NCBI GenBank assembly: GCA_903844645.1
Contig: CAIMUP010000013.1
Location: 1,428 to 65,427 of the forward strand
DNA from: an uncultured Bacteroidota bacterium
GTDB taxonomy: Bacteria > Bacteroidota > Bacteroidia > AKYH767-A > JABDAW01
Length of the DNA stretch: 64,000 bases
Direction of reading: 5' to 3'
The translations under genes and the position numbers were made by a program. Below, piece after piece: positions 41,460 through 52,849 of the stretch; positions within the stretch are counted from its first letter, which is position 1, and each line of letters opens with the position of its first letter. Below the pieces are notes generated by a model that did no database searches, had not been told where the DNA came from, and worked only from the letters and a program-made list of their open reading frames with translations.

Positions 41460-42830
41460 ATGAAAATAATCAAAAATATAACGGGAATTTTTTTCTGCAT
41501 CGCGCTGCTGAATTCCATTGATACCGTGGCGCAGGTGAAAATTCTGGATCAAGTAGCAGGGGTGGTCGGGGATAAGGTGATTCTGCAATCCGACATCGAA
41601 TCGCAATATCAGCAATATATGCTCCAAGGCGGGGTGGATAATCCAGCCATTCGCTGCGAAATTATGTATCAGATGTTGATTAATAAACTGCTCCTGAATC
41701 AAGCAATATTAGATAGCGTAGAAGTTTCGGGCACGGCTGTAGAGGAGGAATTGGATAAACGGATGCGGTATTATATCTCCCAAATCGGCTCGCAAAAGTT
41801 GCTGGAGGAACGTATGGGAAAATCGGTATTGGAGCTGAAAGCCGACTTCAGAACGCTGATTAAAGACCAGATGCTGACGCAACAAATGCAACAAAAAATT
41901 ACGAAAGATGTGAATGCCTCGCCATCGGATGTGAAAAGTTATTACGAACACATCCCGAAGGATAGTTTGCCGAGGGTAGAATCGGAATTTGAGATACAAC
42001 AAATCGTTCGGCATATAGAAGTTACCGATGAGCAAAAAAAGGAAGTGAAGGATAAATTGGAAGGTTATAAACAAGAGATTTTGAAGGGTACTCGGGACTT
42101 TGTCGCCACTGCCGTTTTATACTCTCAAGACCCCGGTACTACTAAAAAAGGCGGTGAATTAGGCTTCTTCGGGAGGGGCGATATGCAACCTGCTTTTGAG
42201 GCTGCCGCATTCCGCCTTCGTCCGGGTGAAATATCGGATATTATTGAAACGCCGTTCGGGTATCACATCCTGCAATTGATTGAAAGAAGGGGCGAACAGA
42301 TTAATGTCAGGCATATCTTATTACATCCAAAAGTAAGCGATGATAATATTGACAAAGCGAGTAAATTTTTGGATAGTTTGAAGACGGAAATTAATAATAA
42401 AACCATCACCTTTGCCGATGCGGCGATGAAATTCTCTGATGATGCAGATACCAAGAACAATGCCGGACTGATGCAAAATGTGCAGGATGGAACAACCAAA
42501 TTTGAGGCTACCACGATGGATAAAACCCTGTTCTTCCAGATAGATAAATTGAGCATCGGGGAGCTATCGAAGCCTGTATCTTATTCTGACAGAGAGGGCA
42601 AGGCTTCGTTGCGGGTATTGATGGTGAAATCGAAAACAGCTCCGCATACCGCGAACTTGAAAGACGATTATCAGAAGATTCGCGGGGCGGCTTTGCAGGA
42701 GAAACAGAACCTCGCCTTGCTGGATTGGGTGAAGAAGAAGCGTGCTAATACGTTTGTGAATATCACGAAAGATTATCGCAAGTGCGATGCCATAAAGGAC
42801 TGGTTGAAGAATACCGCAACAACGAATTAA
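41460..42830 (+). CDS. peptidyl-prolyl cis-trans isomerase SurA-like
   Basis: Signal peptide; SurA N-domain then parvulin domain 'GGELGFFGRGDMQPAFEAAAFRL...GYHILQLIE'. Confidence 0.8.
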   Translation: MKIIKNITGIFFCIALLNSIDTVAQVKILDQVAGVVGDKVILQSDIESQYQQYMLQGGVDNPAIRCEIMYQMLINKLLLNQAILDSVEVSGTAVEEELDKRMRYYISQIGSQKLLEERMGKSVLELKADFRTLIKDQMLTQQMQQKITKDVNASPSDVKSYYEHIPKDSLPRVESEFEIQQIVRHIEVTDEQKKEVKDKLEGYKQEILKGTRDFVATAVLYSQDPGTTKKGGELGFFGRGDMQPAFEAAAFRLRPGEISDIIETPFGYHILQLIERRGEQINVRHILLHPKVSDDNIDKASKFLDSLKTEINNKTITFADAAMKFSDDADTKNNAGLMQNVQDGTTKFEATTMDKTLFFQIDKLSIGELSKPVSYSDREGKASLRVLMVKSKTAPHTANLKDDYQKIRGAALQEKQNLALLDWVKKKRANTFVNITKDYRKCDAIKDWLKNTATTN

Positions 42831-42848
42831 ATAAGAAAAATTAAGACT

Positions 42849-43817
42849 ATGGATATAAAATTTAACTCCGATGTAGAAGCAGTGGATTCCCTGGTGGGGA
42901 CTTACAAGGACCTTCGCAAAGAAATTGGGAAAGTGATTATCGGGCAAGACGATATTGTGAAGGATGTGCTGATCTCTATCTTCGGGCAGGGACATTGCTT
43001 GCTGGTGGGTGTGCCGGGCTTGGCGAAGACGCTGTTGGTGAATACGATTGCGCAGACGTTAGGCTTGACGTATAACCGGATTCAGTTTACGCCTGACTTG
43101 ATGCCGAGTGATATTATCGGGACGGAAATATTGGATGAAACTCGTAAGTTTCGGTTTATTAAAGGACCGTTGTTTGCGAATATTATCCTTGCCGATGAGA
43201 TTAACAGAACTCCACCAAAGACTCAGTCGGCGTTGTTGGAGGCGATGCAGGAACGGACTGTTACTGCTGCCGGAACGCGGTATGATTTGGGGAAGCCGTT
43301 CTTTGTGTTGGCGACGCAAAACCCGATTGAGCAGGAGGGGACTTACCCGTTGCCGGAGGCGCAATTGGATAGGTTTATGTTTAATGTGTGGTTGGATTAT
43401 CCAAAATTTGAGGAGGAGATACAGGTGGTGAAGAATACGACCTCGAATTATAAACCGGAGTTAAAAGTTATTATTCATGGGGAAGAGATTGTGTATTTTC
43501 AGGACTTGGTGAGGAGGATTCCTATTGCGGATAATGTGTTGAATTATGCGGTAACCTTGGCGCAGAAGAGCAGACCGAATACGGCATTGGCTACGGAGAT
43601 GGTGAATACTTATCTGTCGTGGGGTGCTGGTCCGAGGGCTTCGCAGTATTTGGTGATTGGGGCGAAGGTGAACGCGATATTCAATGGGAAATATTCTCCT
43701 GATATTGAGGATGTGCAGGCGGTGGCGGCGGGTATTCTGCGGCATCGTATTGTATTAAATTATAAGGCGGAAGCTGAACGGGTTTCGGTGGAGAGCATTG
43801 TTAAAAGCCTTATTTAA
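42849..43817 (+). CDS. MoxR-family AAA+ ATPase
   Basis: Walker A 'GVPGLAKT', Walker B 'LADEINR', 322 aa, the typical MoxR length. Confidence 0.9.
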   Translation: MDIKFNSDVEAVDSLVGTYKDLRKEIGKVIIGQDDIVKDVLISIFGQGHCLLVGVPGLAKTLLVNTIAQTLGLTYNRIQFTPDLMPSDIIGTEILDETRKFRFIKGPLFANIILADEINRTPPKTQSALLEAMQERTVTAAGTRYDLGKPFFVLATQNPIEQEGTYPLPEAQLDRFMFNVWLDYPKFEEEIQVVKNTTSNYKPELKVIIHGEEIVYFQDLVRRIPIADNVLNYAVTLAQKSRPNTALATEMVNTYLSWGAGPRASQYLVIGAKVNAIFNGKYSPDIEDVQAVAAGILRHRIVLNYKAEAERVSVESIVKSLI

Positions 43818-43867
43818 GAGAAGAATCCGGGGGATTCAAATCAGTTTTTGGTGTCTGGAGCAGTTTA

Positions 43868-44153
43868 ACGGCTGTTGATTGGAGAAAGTCGGCTGTTGAT
43901 TGGGGAAAGTTGACTGTTGATTGGGGAAAGTCGGCTGTTGATTGGGGAAAGTCGGCTGTTGATTGGGGAAAGTTGACTGTTGATTGGGGAAAGTCGGCTG
44001 TTGATTGGGGAAAGTCGGCTGTTGATTGGGGAAACATGGACGTAGATTGGGGAAACATGGACGTAGATTGCGGAAACATGGACGTAGATTGGGGAAACAT
44101 GGAGGTAGATTGTAGAAACATGGAGGTAGATTGCAGAAACATGGAGGTAGATG
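43868..44153. repeat. 21-bp tandem repeat, about 13.5 copies (units GTCGGCTGTTGATTGGGGAAA / GTTGACTGTTGATTGGGGAAA, decaying into CATGGACGTAGATTGGGGAAA and CATGGAGGTAGATTGCAGAAA)
   Basis: Unit starts at 43888 and 43909+21k; two clear sub-families within one array. Confidence 0.92.
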
Positions 44154-44323
44154 GGTTTTACACTTAAAATGCCAATAATTTTAATACAAAATGCTTTGTT
44201 TTTTCTACTTTTCATTTAATTATATCAAAAAAAGCAAAACAATTTCTCCGAAAATTTGGCAGTTACAAGAAATTTTAGTTAATTTGCATCCATAATCTAA
44301 AAGATAGACTTAAAATAACAAAA

Positions 44324-45259
44324 ATGAATCACAGAGAACTCGCACAAATGGAAAGAAACGGAGGACTGTTTACGTTCCTCGCCTTGGCTTCGAGCCATAC
44401 AATTTATGACTCCAATGGCAACTTCGTCATTGAAAGGGATGGACAAGCCGCGAAACATGTTATTACGCTTGACAAAGCCTCGAAAGCGGGGATTGACAAT
44501 AAAGGTTTTAGCGCAGATAAATTGGAAAAGAAAAACCTTTTGGCGGATGAAGCAGCGTTGCTTTCGGGCTACGCATTCGTGAAATGGGGTCCTACTAAAT
44601 TGAACAAACCAGCCTTTGCTTTACAATGCCACACGTTTGCTACGGATTATTTAGGAATTGCCGATGTTGAATGTACCGCTCTTGCACAAGCTGCTCACGA
44701 TTTGATGTTCAATAATAGCGGCGACCTGACGGGTTATGTAGCCGCGGGGGATTTGACACATTTGCAAACAACGATCAACAACTTTACGGCTGCTGACGGC
44801 TCTTCGCAATCGGTGAATGCGGCATCGCCAGCGGATACGGCAGCATTTAAAACGGCATTGAGAAACGAAAATAAGTGTATTCCTGACCTCTTATTTATGG
44901 TGCGACCTTTTAAAACGATTAATAAAACTTTCTACGATAAAGTGGTTCTGTTGTGTGAATTGCCTGCCGTTTCAGTCTTACATACCGATGTGATCGTTAC
45001 GGTTTTGAAGACGGAAAATAATGAGGTGATAACGGATGCGCATGGGACACTTTCGAACACTAAAAAGACGGACGATACGGATATTCATGGGGAATTGGAA
45101 ATAGATGAAGTACATTCTGGCAAAGCCATCTTGACGATTACGCAACCGGATCGGGTAACGATTGTGGAAGAGATAACGATTCAAATAAAGCATGTGAATC
45201 ATTATACGGTACACATGACGCTGAAACCGGTGCCTCCGCCGATACCTCCGGTGGTTTAA
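44324..45259 (+). CDS. hypothetical protein
   Basis: 311 aa, no signal peptide, Pro-rich C-terminus 'PVPPPIPPVV'; no recognised motif. Confidence 0.4.
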   Translation: MNHRELAQMERNGGLFTFLALASSHTIYDSNGNFVIERDGQAAKHVITLDKASKAGIDNKGFSADKLEKKNLLADEAALLSGYAFVKWGPTKLNKPAFALQCHTFATDYLGIADVECTALAQAAHDLMFNNSGDLTGYVAAGDLTHLQTTINNFTAADGSSQSVNAASPADTAAFKTALRNENKCIPDLLFMVRPFKTINKTFYDKVVLLCELPAVSVLHTDVIVTVLKTENNEVITDAHGTLSNTKKTDDTDIHGELEIDEVHSGKAILTITQPDRVTIVEEITIQIKHVNHYTVHMTLKPVPPPIPPVV

Positions 45260-45265
45260 GAAGCC

Positions 45266-45341
45266 TCACCCCTGCCCCTCTCCAAGGGGAGAGGGGTGAA
45301 TAATGAATAAGTCCTCTCGGTGAAAGTCGGGAGGATTTTTT
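45266..45341 (+). terminator. two consecutive hairpins, the second a probable rho-independent terminator
   Basis: A GC-rich imperfect hairpin CACCCCTGCCCCTCTCC-aagg-GGAGAGGGGTG, then TCCTCTCGG-tgaaagt-CGGGAGGATTTTTTTT. Confidence 0.55.
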
Positions 45342-45349
45342 TTGTTTGA

Positions 45350-46390
45350 TTGTATTCTAATTCCCTGAAAAATTTCTACTTTTGCACGATGGAAATAACT
45401 AATAATAACTACGATGAATTGATAGACGGCATCGGCAAATTGCTTCGTCAAGGGAGGCAAAAAGCTGCCCGAGAAGTGAATTCCATTTTGGTAAATACCT
45501 ATTGGGAGATAGGTAAATATATTGTAGAGTTTGAGCAGCATGGAAATGAAAAAGCCGAGTATGGAACGCAATTATTCGACCGCCTTTCAAAAGACCTGAC
45601 GAAGGCTTATGGCAAGGGATTCAGCCGTTCTAATTTTTTTCAAATCCGGTCTTTTTATCTTAAATTCCCAATTGTCCAGACATTGTCTGGACAATTGACA
45701 TGGAGTCATTACATAGAAATTATAAAGGCTGATCACCCATTAGAAATTGGCTTCTATTCCAAGCAATGCGTCAAAGATAAATGGACTGTCAGAGAGTTGA
45801 AACGCCAAATGAAAAGCATGCTCTTTCATCGCCTTGCTTTGAGTACCGACAAGGCTGGCTTTTTGAAATTAGCCAATGTAGGGCATGAGGTAATGGAAGC
45901 TGAAGATTTATTGAAGGAACCCTTCGTACTGGAATTCCTGAATATCCCTGAACATTATCAATATCTGGAAGGAGAATTAGAAGAGAAAATCATCAATAAC
46001 CTGCAACAGTTTTTACTCGAATTAGGCAAAGGATTTGCGTTTATCGGTCGACAATACCGGATGACATTAGGCGGCAAACACTACCGCTTAGACCTCCTGT
46101 TTTATCATCGAATATTAAAATGCTTTGTCCTCATAGACCTTAAACGCGGCGAGATAGACCACCAAGATATTGGACAAATGAATCTCTATCTGAATTACTT
46201 TAAAAAAGAAGAAAATACCGAAGACGACAACGAACCGGTAGGCATTATTTTAGGAGCGACAAAAAACGAAATTTTAGTGGAATATGCCACCGCCAGCATC
46301 ACCAACAAAGTCCTCCTGGCGAAATATCAAATGTACCTGCCCAGGGAAGAACAACTCCGCAATGCTCTCATCAAATTATTAGATGAATAA
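45350..46390 (+). CDS. DUF1016 / YhcG-family PD-(D/E)XK nuclease
   Basis: 346 aa; C-terminal 'RLDLLFYHRILKCFVLIDLKRGEIDHQDIGQMNLY' matches the restriction-endonuclease-like core of DUF1016 (D...ID/ELK). Confidence 0.75.
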   Translation: MYSNSLKNFYFCTMEITNNNYDELIDGIGKLLRQGRQKAAREVNSILVNTYWEIGKYIVEFEQHGNEKAEYGTQLFDRLSKDLTKAYGKGFSRSNFFQIRSFYLKFPIVQTLSGQLTWSHYIEIIKADHPLEIGFYSKQCVKDKWTVRELKRQMKSMLFHRLALSTDKAGFLKLANVGHEVMEAEDLLKEPFVLEFLNIPEHYQYLEGELEEKIINNLQQFLLELGKGFAFIGRQYRMTLGGKHYRLDLLFYHRILKCFVLIDLKRGEIDHQDIGQMNLYLNYFKKEENTEDDNEPVGIILGATKNEILVEYATASITNKVLLAKYQMYLPREEQLRNALIKLLDE

Positions 46391-46423
46391 TTTCCTACTT
46401 TTGCTCCTCAAATCAAACAATAA

Positions 46424-48589
46424 ATGCGCTTGAAAAAGATACTGGTTATACTCATTCTTCACTTTTCAGTGTTCGTTCTTCACTGTTCCGCCCAGCAGGT
46501 TCCAGAATTGTGGGGAATGACTCCTACTGGTGGAAGTGCCTTTAAAGTATATGGTGACGGAACAAACTTCTTAGACTTTCATGATTTCAATAATAACACC
46601 GGAGGTTATCCTGAAGGATATTTTACAATATATAATAACAATGGTATTCTATATGGAGTAGCAAAAATGGGAGGTGCTTATGATAGCGGAGTAATTTTTA
46701 GTATTGATACAAGCACTTTCACTTACACGGTTTTGTATAATTTTAGTGGTCCTTTGGGTACGTTTCCAAATGGAAGTCTTTTGCTTGGCAGCAATAATAA
46801 GTTTTATGGAACTACTAATAGCGGGGGGAATAATAGGAAAGGGGTGATATTTAGTTTTGATCCTTCAACAAACATTTATTCTGTTGAACATTATTTTACT
46901 GACACTACATATTGTAGTGTGGCAACTTTGATGCAGGCGAATAATGGATTAATTTATGGATCATTATGGGCTGGTGGAACTCATCATCACGGTTTAATTT
47001 ACAGCTATGATCCTGTAACCTCTGTTTATAATGATATATATAATTTGGATACTACAATATTTGTAACTAATTCTTCTTCACCAAGATTTATTCAAGCTAC
47101 TAATGGTTTAATTTATGGCTTGGGAGCTGTTGTTGGAAATATTGGAGGGGGTGAAATATTCAGCCTTAATCCAAATACTAATATACTTCAGATTTTATAT
47201 AGGTTTGATACTTCAAATGCAATTGGAGTTGTTCCACACGGTAGCTTAATTCAGGCAAACAATGGCTTACTTTATGGTATGACTTGGTATGGAGGTTCAA
47301 CAGGTTGTGGTGGAATTTTTAGTTTTGATATTTCAACTAATACTTGCATTAATGTATATAATTTCAGTTATCCAACAGGAAAAAATCCAACTGGAAGTCT
47401 TATGCAAGCAAGTGATGGCAAGTTATATGGAATGGCGAGATTGGGAGGATTAAACAATAAAGGCACACTATTTCAATATGATCTTATAACAAATACTTAT
47501 ACCGATATTCATGATTTTAATGGTTCAGATGGTTCTTTGCCAACCTCTGATTTAATAGAGTTTCCTTGTACTTTAAAATCACTAACAACAAGTAGCAATT
47601 CAAGTATGTGCCTAGGAGATAGTATCGTTCTTCATGTTAATGGTGCTATTAATTATCACTGGTATCCTGGGAATTTTACTGATAGTATAATTACAGTTCA
47701 TCCTACTGCAACTACAACCTACCTTGTTACTGGTTCTGTTAATTTATGTAGTAAAACGGATACTATTATTATTACAATTATCCCTCCAATAACCGTCACC
47801 TCTTCCTTCACCGCCGATACCCTCAAAGGCTGTGCTCCGCTTACTATTCAATTCACGAATACGAGCAGTAATGGTGTGCATTATCTTTGGAACTTTGGCG
47901 ATGGTGGTACGAGTACTGCTGTGAATCCTGTGCATACCTATAGCGATTCGGGGAAGTACACGGTTACTCTCACTGCTACCAATGATACTTCGCAATGCGG
48001 AAGGTATGTGAATACGAAGGTGAAAACGAATTATATAGAAGTGGGAAGCCCCATACAGGTAACGAGTAGATTTACCGCCAGTACGGTCTTTGGCTGCGTG
48101 CCGCTGGAGGTTGATTTCACGAATACAAGCATCAACGGAACTACCTTTCACTGGCTGCTCGGCAATGGGGAAACGGATACCGCGAAGAACCCGCATCATA
48201 TCATCTATCCCGATTCGGGCACCTTCCACGTAACGCTGATTGCTTATAACGAAAGTCCGCTCTGCGCCAACTCTCCCGATGTGTGGACTGTGGATATAAA
48301 CACGGGTATCTGCGACCTCGAATTCCCGAATGTCTTCTCTCCGAATGGCGATGATGTGAATGATTATTTTCAGTTCCTCGCGAAGGGATACACGCATTGC
48401 AACCTCATCATCTTCAACCGCTGGGGACAGTTGATTTATGAATCGCCGCTCACCGATACCTTCTGGAATGGCAAAATCAACAACACCGAAGCAGAGGTGC
48501 ATGACGGGACTTATTATTATCTTTTCACGGCTACGGATTTCTATGGAAAGGCTTTTGCGCAGAAGGGGTTTATTACCGTGATTCGGTAA
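46424..48589 (+). CDS. large surface protein: N-terminal beta-propeller-like repeats, two PKD domains, gliding-motility-type (T9SS type B) C-terminal domain
   Basis: Signal peptide; about 7 repeats of 'NGxLYG.t..GG..g.G.IFS.d..t..yt.ly.F'; PKD 'GCAPLTIQFTNTS...WNFGDGGTS...HTY..SGKYTVTL'; C-terminal 'FPNVFSPNGDDVNDYF...IFNRWGQLIYES...WNGK' type-B CTD. Confidence 0.8.
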   Translation: MRLKKILVILILHFSVFVLHCSAQQVPELWGMTPTGGSAFKVYGDGTNFLDFHDFNNNTGGYPEGYFTIYNNNGILYGVAKMGGAYDSGVIFSIDTSTFTYTVLYNFSGPLGTFPNGSLLLGSNNKFYGTTNSGGNNRKGVIFSFDPSTNIYSVEHYFTDTTYCSVATLMQANNGLIYGSLWAGGTHHHGLIYSYDPVTSVYNDIYNLDTTIFVTNSSSPRFIQATNGLIYGLGAVVGNIGGGEIFSLNPNTNILQILYRFDTSNAIGVVPHGSLIQANNGLLYGMTWYGGSTGCGGIFSFDISTNTCINVYNFSYPTGKNPTGSLMQASDGKLYGMARLGGLNNKGTLFQYDLITNTYTDIHDFNGSDGSLPTSDLIEFPCTLKSLTTSSNSSMCLGDSIVLHVNGAINYHWYPGNFTDSIITVHPTATTTYLVTGSVNLCSKTDTIIITIIPPITVTSSFTADTLKGCAPLTIQFTNTSSNGVHYLWNFGDGGTSTAVNPVHTYSDSGKYTVTLTATNDTSQCGRYVNTKVKTNYIEVGSPIQVTSRFTASTVFGCVPLEVDFTNTSINGTTFHWLLGNGETDTAKNPHHIIYPDSGTFHVTLIAYNESPLCANSPDVWTVDINTGICDLEFPNVFSPNGDDVNDYFQFLAKGYTHCNLIIFNRWGQLIYESPLTDTFWNGKINNTEAEVHDGTYYYLFTATDFYGKAFAQKGFITVIR

Positions 48590-48635
48590 GACAATTGTTT
48601 TGCTAATTTTGCGGTTCATAAAATAAATTATCGTC

Positions 48636-49475
48636 ATGAAAAATGTAATCAAAATAATGTTGTTTGTTGCGGTTGCAACTTGCCTTTTCTCTTGTGGAGG
48701 AAACACAAATACGAATGTTGCGAAGACTAAGGATACCATCCCTGTGCCGCCGCCACCTAAACCTTATGCCGAGGAGGTGAATGGCATTAAAGTTTCGGAG
48801 GCTCCGAACTCTCCGGAATTCCCTGATGCGAAGCTGCAATTGCTATCGCCGAAAAAGGATACGGTGTTGAAAATCGGGAATAATAAATTCCATTATCATG
48901 TCGAGAATTACACGCTCGGCATGCTTACCGAAGGTTATTATAAAATGAAATGCGCCAACTCGATGAAGGGTCAGCATATTCATTATATCTTGGATAATAC
49001 GCCGTATTATGCCTCCTACGATTCGGTCTTTGAACGCCCTGTGCCGAGTGGCAAACATTTATTGTTGAGTTTCTTGTCGCGGTCGTACCACGAAAGTATC
49101 AAGAATCAGGACGCGTACACTCTCACTCAACTCGTTGCCGGCAAAGGCACGGATACGCTGAAAGATTATGATATGAATGCGCCGTATCTCTTCTATTCTC
49201 GCCCGAAAGGGGAGTATAAGGGCGAGGCAGAAACGAAGAAATTATTGTTGGATTTCTACCTCGTGAATACCACCCTTTCTCCGACAGGAAACAGGGTGAA
49301 GGCGACCGTCAATGGCAACGATTTTATCCTTACGAAATGGGTGCCTTACATGATTGAAGGCTTGCCGATGGGAGATAATAAAATCACGCTGCAATTGCTG
49401 GATAAAAACAACAAACCGGTGCCAGGCATCTTCAATGATTCAGGCGAAAGGAAGTTTGTTTTGAAAGAGAAATAA
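48636..49475 (+). CDS. hypothetical lipoprotein
   Basis: Signal peptide with lipobox 'LFSCGG'; 279 aa. Confidence 0.5.
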   Translation: MKNVIKIMLFVAVATCLFSCGGNTNTNVAKTKDTIPVPPPPKPYAEEVNGIKVSEAPNSPEFPDAKLQLLSPKKDTVLKIGNNKFHYHVENYTLGMLTEGYYKMKCANSMKGQHIHYILDNTPYYASYDSVFERPVPSGKHLLLSFLSRSYHESIKNQDAYTLTQLVAGKGTDTLKDYDMNAPYLFYSRPKGEYKGEAETKKLLLDFYLVNTTLSPTGNRVKATVNGNDFILTKWVPYMIEGLPMGDNKITLQLLDKNNKPVPGIFNDSGERKFVLKEK

Positions 49476-49505
49476 GAGGTTTTTTTCATTCCGATTATCA
49501 TTGAT

Positions 49506-49913
49506 TTGATGCATAAAAACCAGGAATCATTCTCTATTAAAAAGCGATTCAACAGCTTCGGATATGCCTTCAACGGCATTAAAATATTATTCAGAACCGA
49601 ACACAATACTTGGCTACATTTATTCGCTACGGTGGCGGTACTTGCGGCAGGATTTTTCTTCCATATTTCGGTTTTGAGTTGGTTTATGCTCGTTGTCGCC
49701 ATTGCTTTGGTTTGGATTACGGAGGCATTAAATACTGCCATCGAATACCTCGTTGATTTGGTTTCTCCCGAGTACCATCCCTTAGCTAAAAAAACGAAGG
49801 ATATTGCGGCAGCGGCGGTGTTCATCGCCTCCTTTTTTGCATTCATATTAGGAATAATAATAGTGTATCACGAGTGGATTTTACACTATCAAACCATTTG
49901 TTTAGGGCTTTGA
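49506..49913 (+). CDS. dgkA: diacylglycerol kinase (prokaryotic DgkA family)
   Basis: 135 aa, three TM helices, 'RFNSFGYAFNGIKILFRTEHN' N-terminal amphipathic helix and 'ALNTAIEYLVD' motif. Confidence 0.75.
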   Translation: MMHKNQESFSIKKRFNSFGYAFNGIKILFRTEHNTWLHLFATVAVLAAGFFFHISVLSWFMLVVAIALVWITEALNTAIEYLVDLVSPEYHPLAKKTKDIAAAAVFIASFFAFILGIIIVYHEWILHYQTICLGL

Positions 49914-49925
49914 AAAGGGAAAAAA

Positions 49926-50165
49926 GCCGACCGGATTTGGGAAAGATGCGGTCGGATATTTCCTTTCTCCGGTCGGATATTTCTTTTTTCCGGTCGGATA
50001 TTTCTTTTTTCCGGTCGGATATTTCTTTTTTCCGGTCGGATATTTCTTTTTTCCGGTCGGATATTTCCTTTTTCCGGTCGGAGATTTCTTTTTTCCGGTC
50101 GGAGATTTCCTGTTTCCGGTCGGAGATTTCCTTTTTCCGGTCGGATATTTCCCGTTACCGACCAT
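49926..50165. repeat. 21-bp tandem repeat, about 11 copies (unit CCGGTCGGATATTTCTTTTTT, with GAGATTTC variants)
   Basis: 'CGGTCGG' occurs at 49948, 49969+21k; it begins immediately after the dgkA stop. Confidence 0.92.
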
Positions 50166-50299
50166 TAATTTTTGGCTGATTAACGGAAGAAAATATATCT
50201 TTGACCCCTTACCAAAAAAATGAAGCCGCAAAAAGCGATTCCGAAGGACATAAAATGAATGAAACAAAACATAATAGTAAACTTAAAACAGACAGATAA

Positions 50300-51691
<1,392 letters not shown>

Positions 51692-51721
51692 ATCCCAAAT
51701 AACCTTAATAATGATATAATT

Positions 51722-52849
51722 ATGGAAATAACAATCAAAAAAGTCGAAAACGGAGCCGATAAGAAGAAGTTTATTGACTTCGTTCATGATTTATATGCCG
51801 ATGATCCGAACTATGTGCCTGAACTTTACATGGCGCAAAGCGATTTGATGAATCCTAAGAAGAATCCTTTCTTTTGGCATTCCAAGGCGGATCTTTTTCT
51901 TGCTGAACGCGATGGAAAAGTGGTAGGAAGAATCGCCGCCATAAGGAATAATAATTATAATGAATACGCGAAAACCAAAGTCGGCTTCTTCGGGTTCTTC
52001 GATGTTATAAATGATTATGAAGTGGCTAAGAAATTACTCGATACCGCTAACGATTGGATTAAAAAGGAAGGCTTGACGGACATTATAGGACCTACAAATT
52101 TCTCTACCAATGAAACTTGCGGCTTATTAGTAGAAGGTTTGGATTCTGCGCCTGTAATTATGATGACTTATAACAAGGCTTATTACAAAACCTTCTTAGA
52201 TAAATATGGTTTTACTAAGCAAATGGACCTGATTGCATACGTCCTGGACCCGATGGATATGCCGGAAAAGCTATTGCGATTAGCAAAAGGGATTGAGGAG
52301 CGTTTGAAGAGAAGAAACATTACCGTCCGCAAGATAAATATGAAGGATTTTAACAACGAAGTAGCCAAAGTAAAGGAAATTTATAATGCTGCCTGGGATA
52401 AAAATTGGGGTTTTGTGCCGATGACGGATGACGAATTCAAATTCCAGGCTAAGGATATGAAAATGATATTAGATAAAGACTTCGCGTATGTAGCCGAAGA
52501 CAACGGAAAGGTCATCGCGTTCTCATTAACTATTCCGAATGTGAACGAGGTGTTCAAAACCATCAAGCGGGGCAGGTTATTCCCGACGGGGCTGTTAAAA
52601 TTAGTATTAAATAAGAGCAAAATATCCAGCGTACGTGTGATTACATTGGGGGTGTTGGAGGAATATCGGAAGCTGGGTATAGACGTCGTGTTTTATGCTA
52701 AGAACATGGAAACCGCCCAACAGAAAAAACTTAAATATGCAGAGGCTTCCTGGATTTTAGAGAACAATAAGGAGATGAATTCTCCCTTAATTTCCATCAA
52801 TGCGAAGCCTTATAAAACATATCGTATCTTTGAGAAGAAGATAGTATGA
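51722..52849 (+). CDS. hypothetical protein, possibly a GNAT-fold N-acyltransferase
   Basis: 375 aa; 'VGRIAAIRNN...VGFFGFFDV' resembles a GNAT beta4-alpha3 motif; weak. Confidence 0.45.
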   Translation: MEITIKKVENGADKKKFIDFVHDLYADDPNYVPELYMAQSDLMNPKKNPFFWHSKADLFLAERDGKVVGRIAAIRNNNYNEYAKTKVGFFGFFDVINDYEVAKKLLDTANDWIKKEGLTDIIGPTNFSTNETCGLLVEGLDSAPVIMMTYNKAYYKTFLDKYGFTKQMDLIAYVLDPMDMPEKLLRLAKGIEERLKRRNITVRKINMKDFNNEVAKVKEIYNAAWDKNWGFVPMTDDEFKFQAKDMKMILDKDFAYVAEDNGKVIAFSLTIPNVNEVFKTIKRGRLFPTGLLKLVLNKSKISSVRVITLGVLEEYRKLGIDVVFYAKNMETAQQKKLKYAEASWILENNKEMNSPLISINAKPYKTYRIFEKKIV

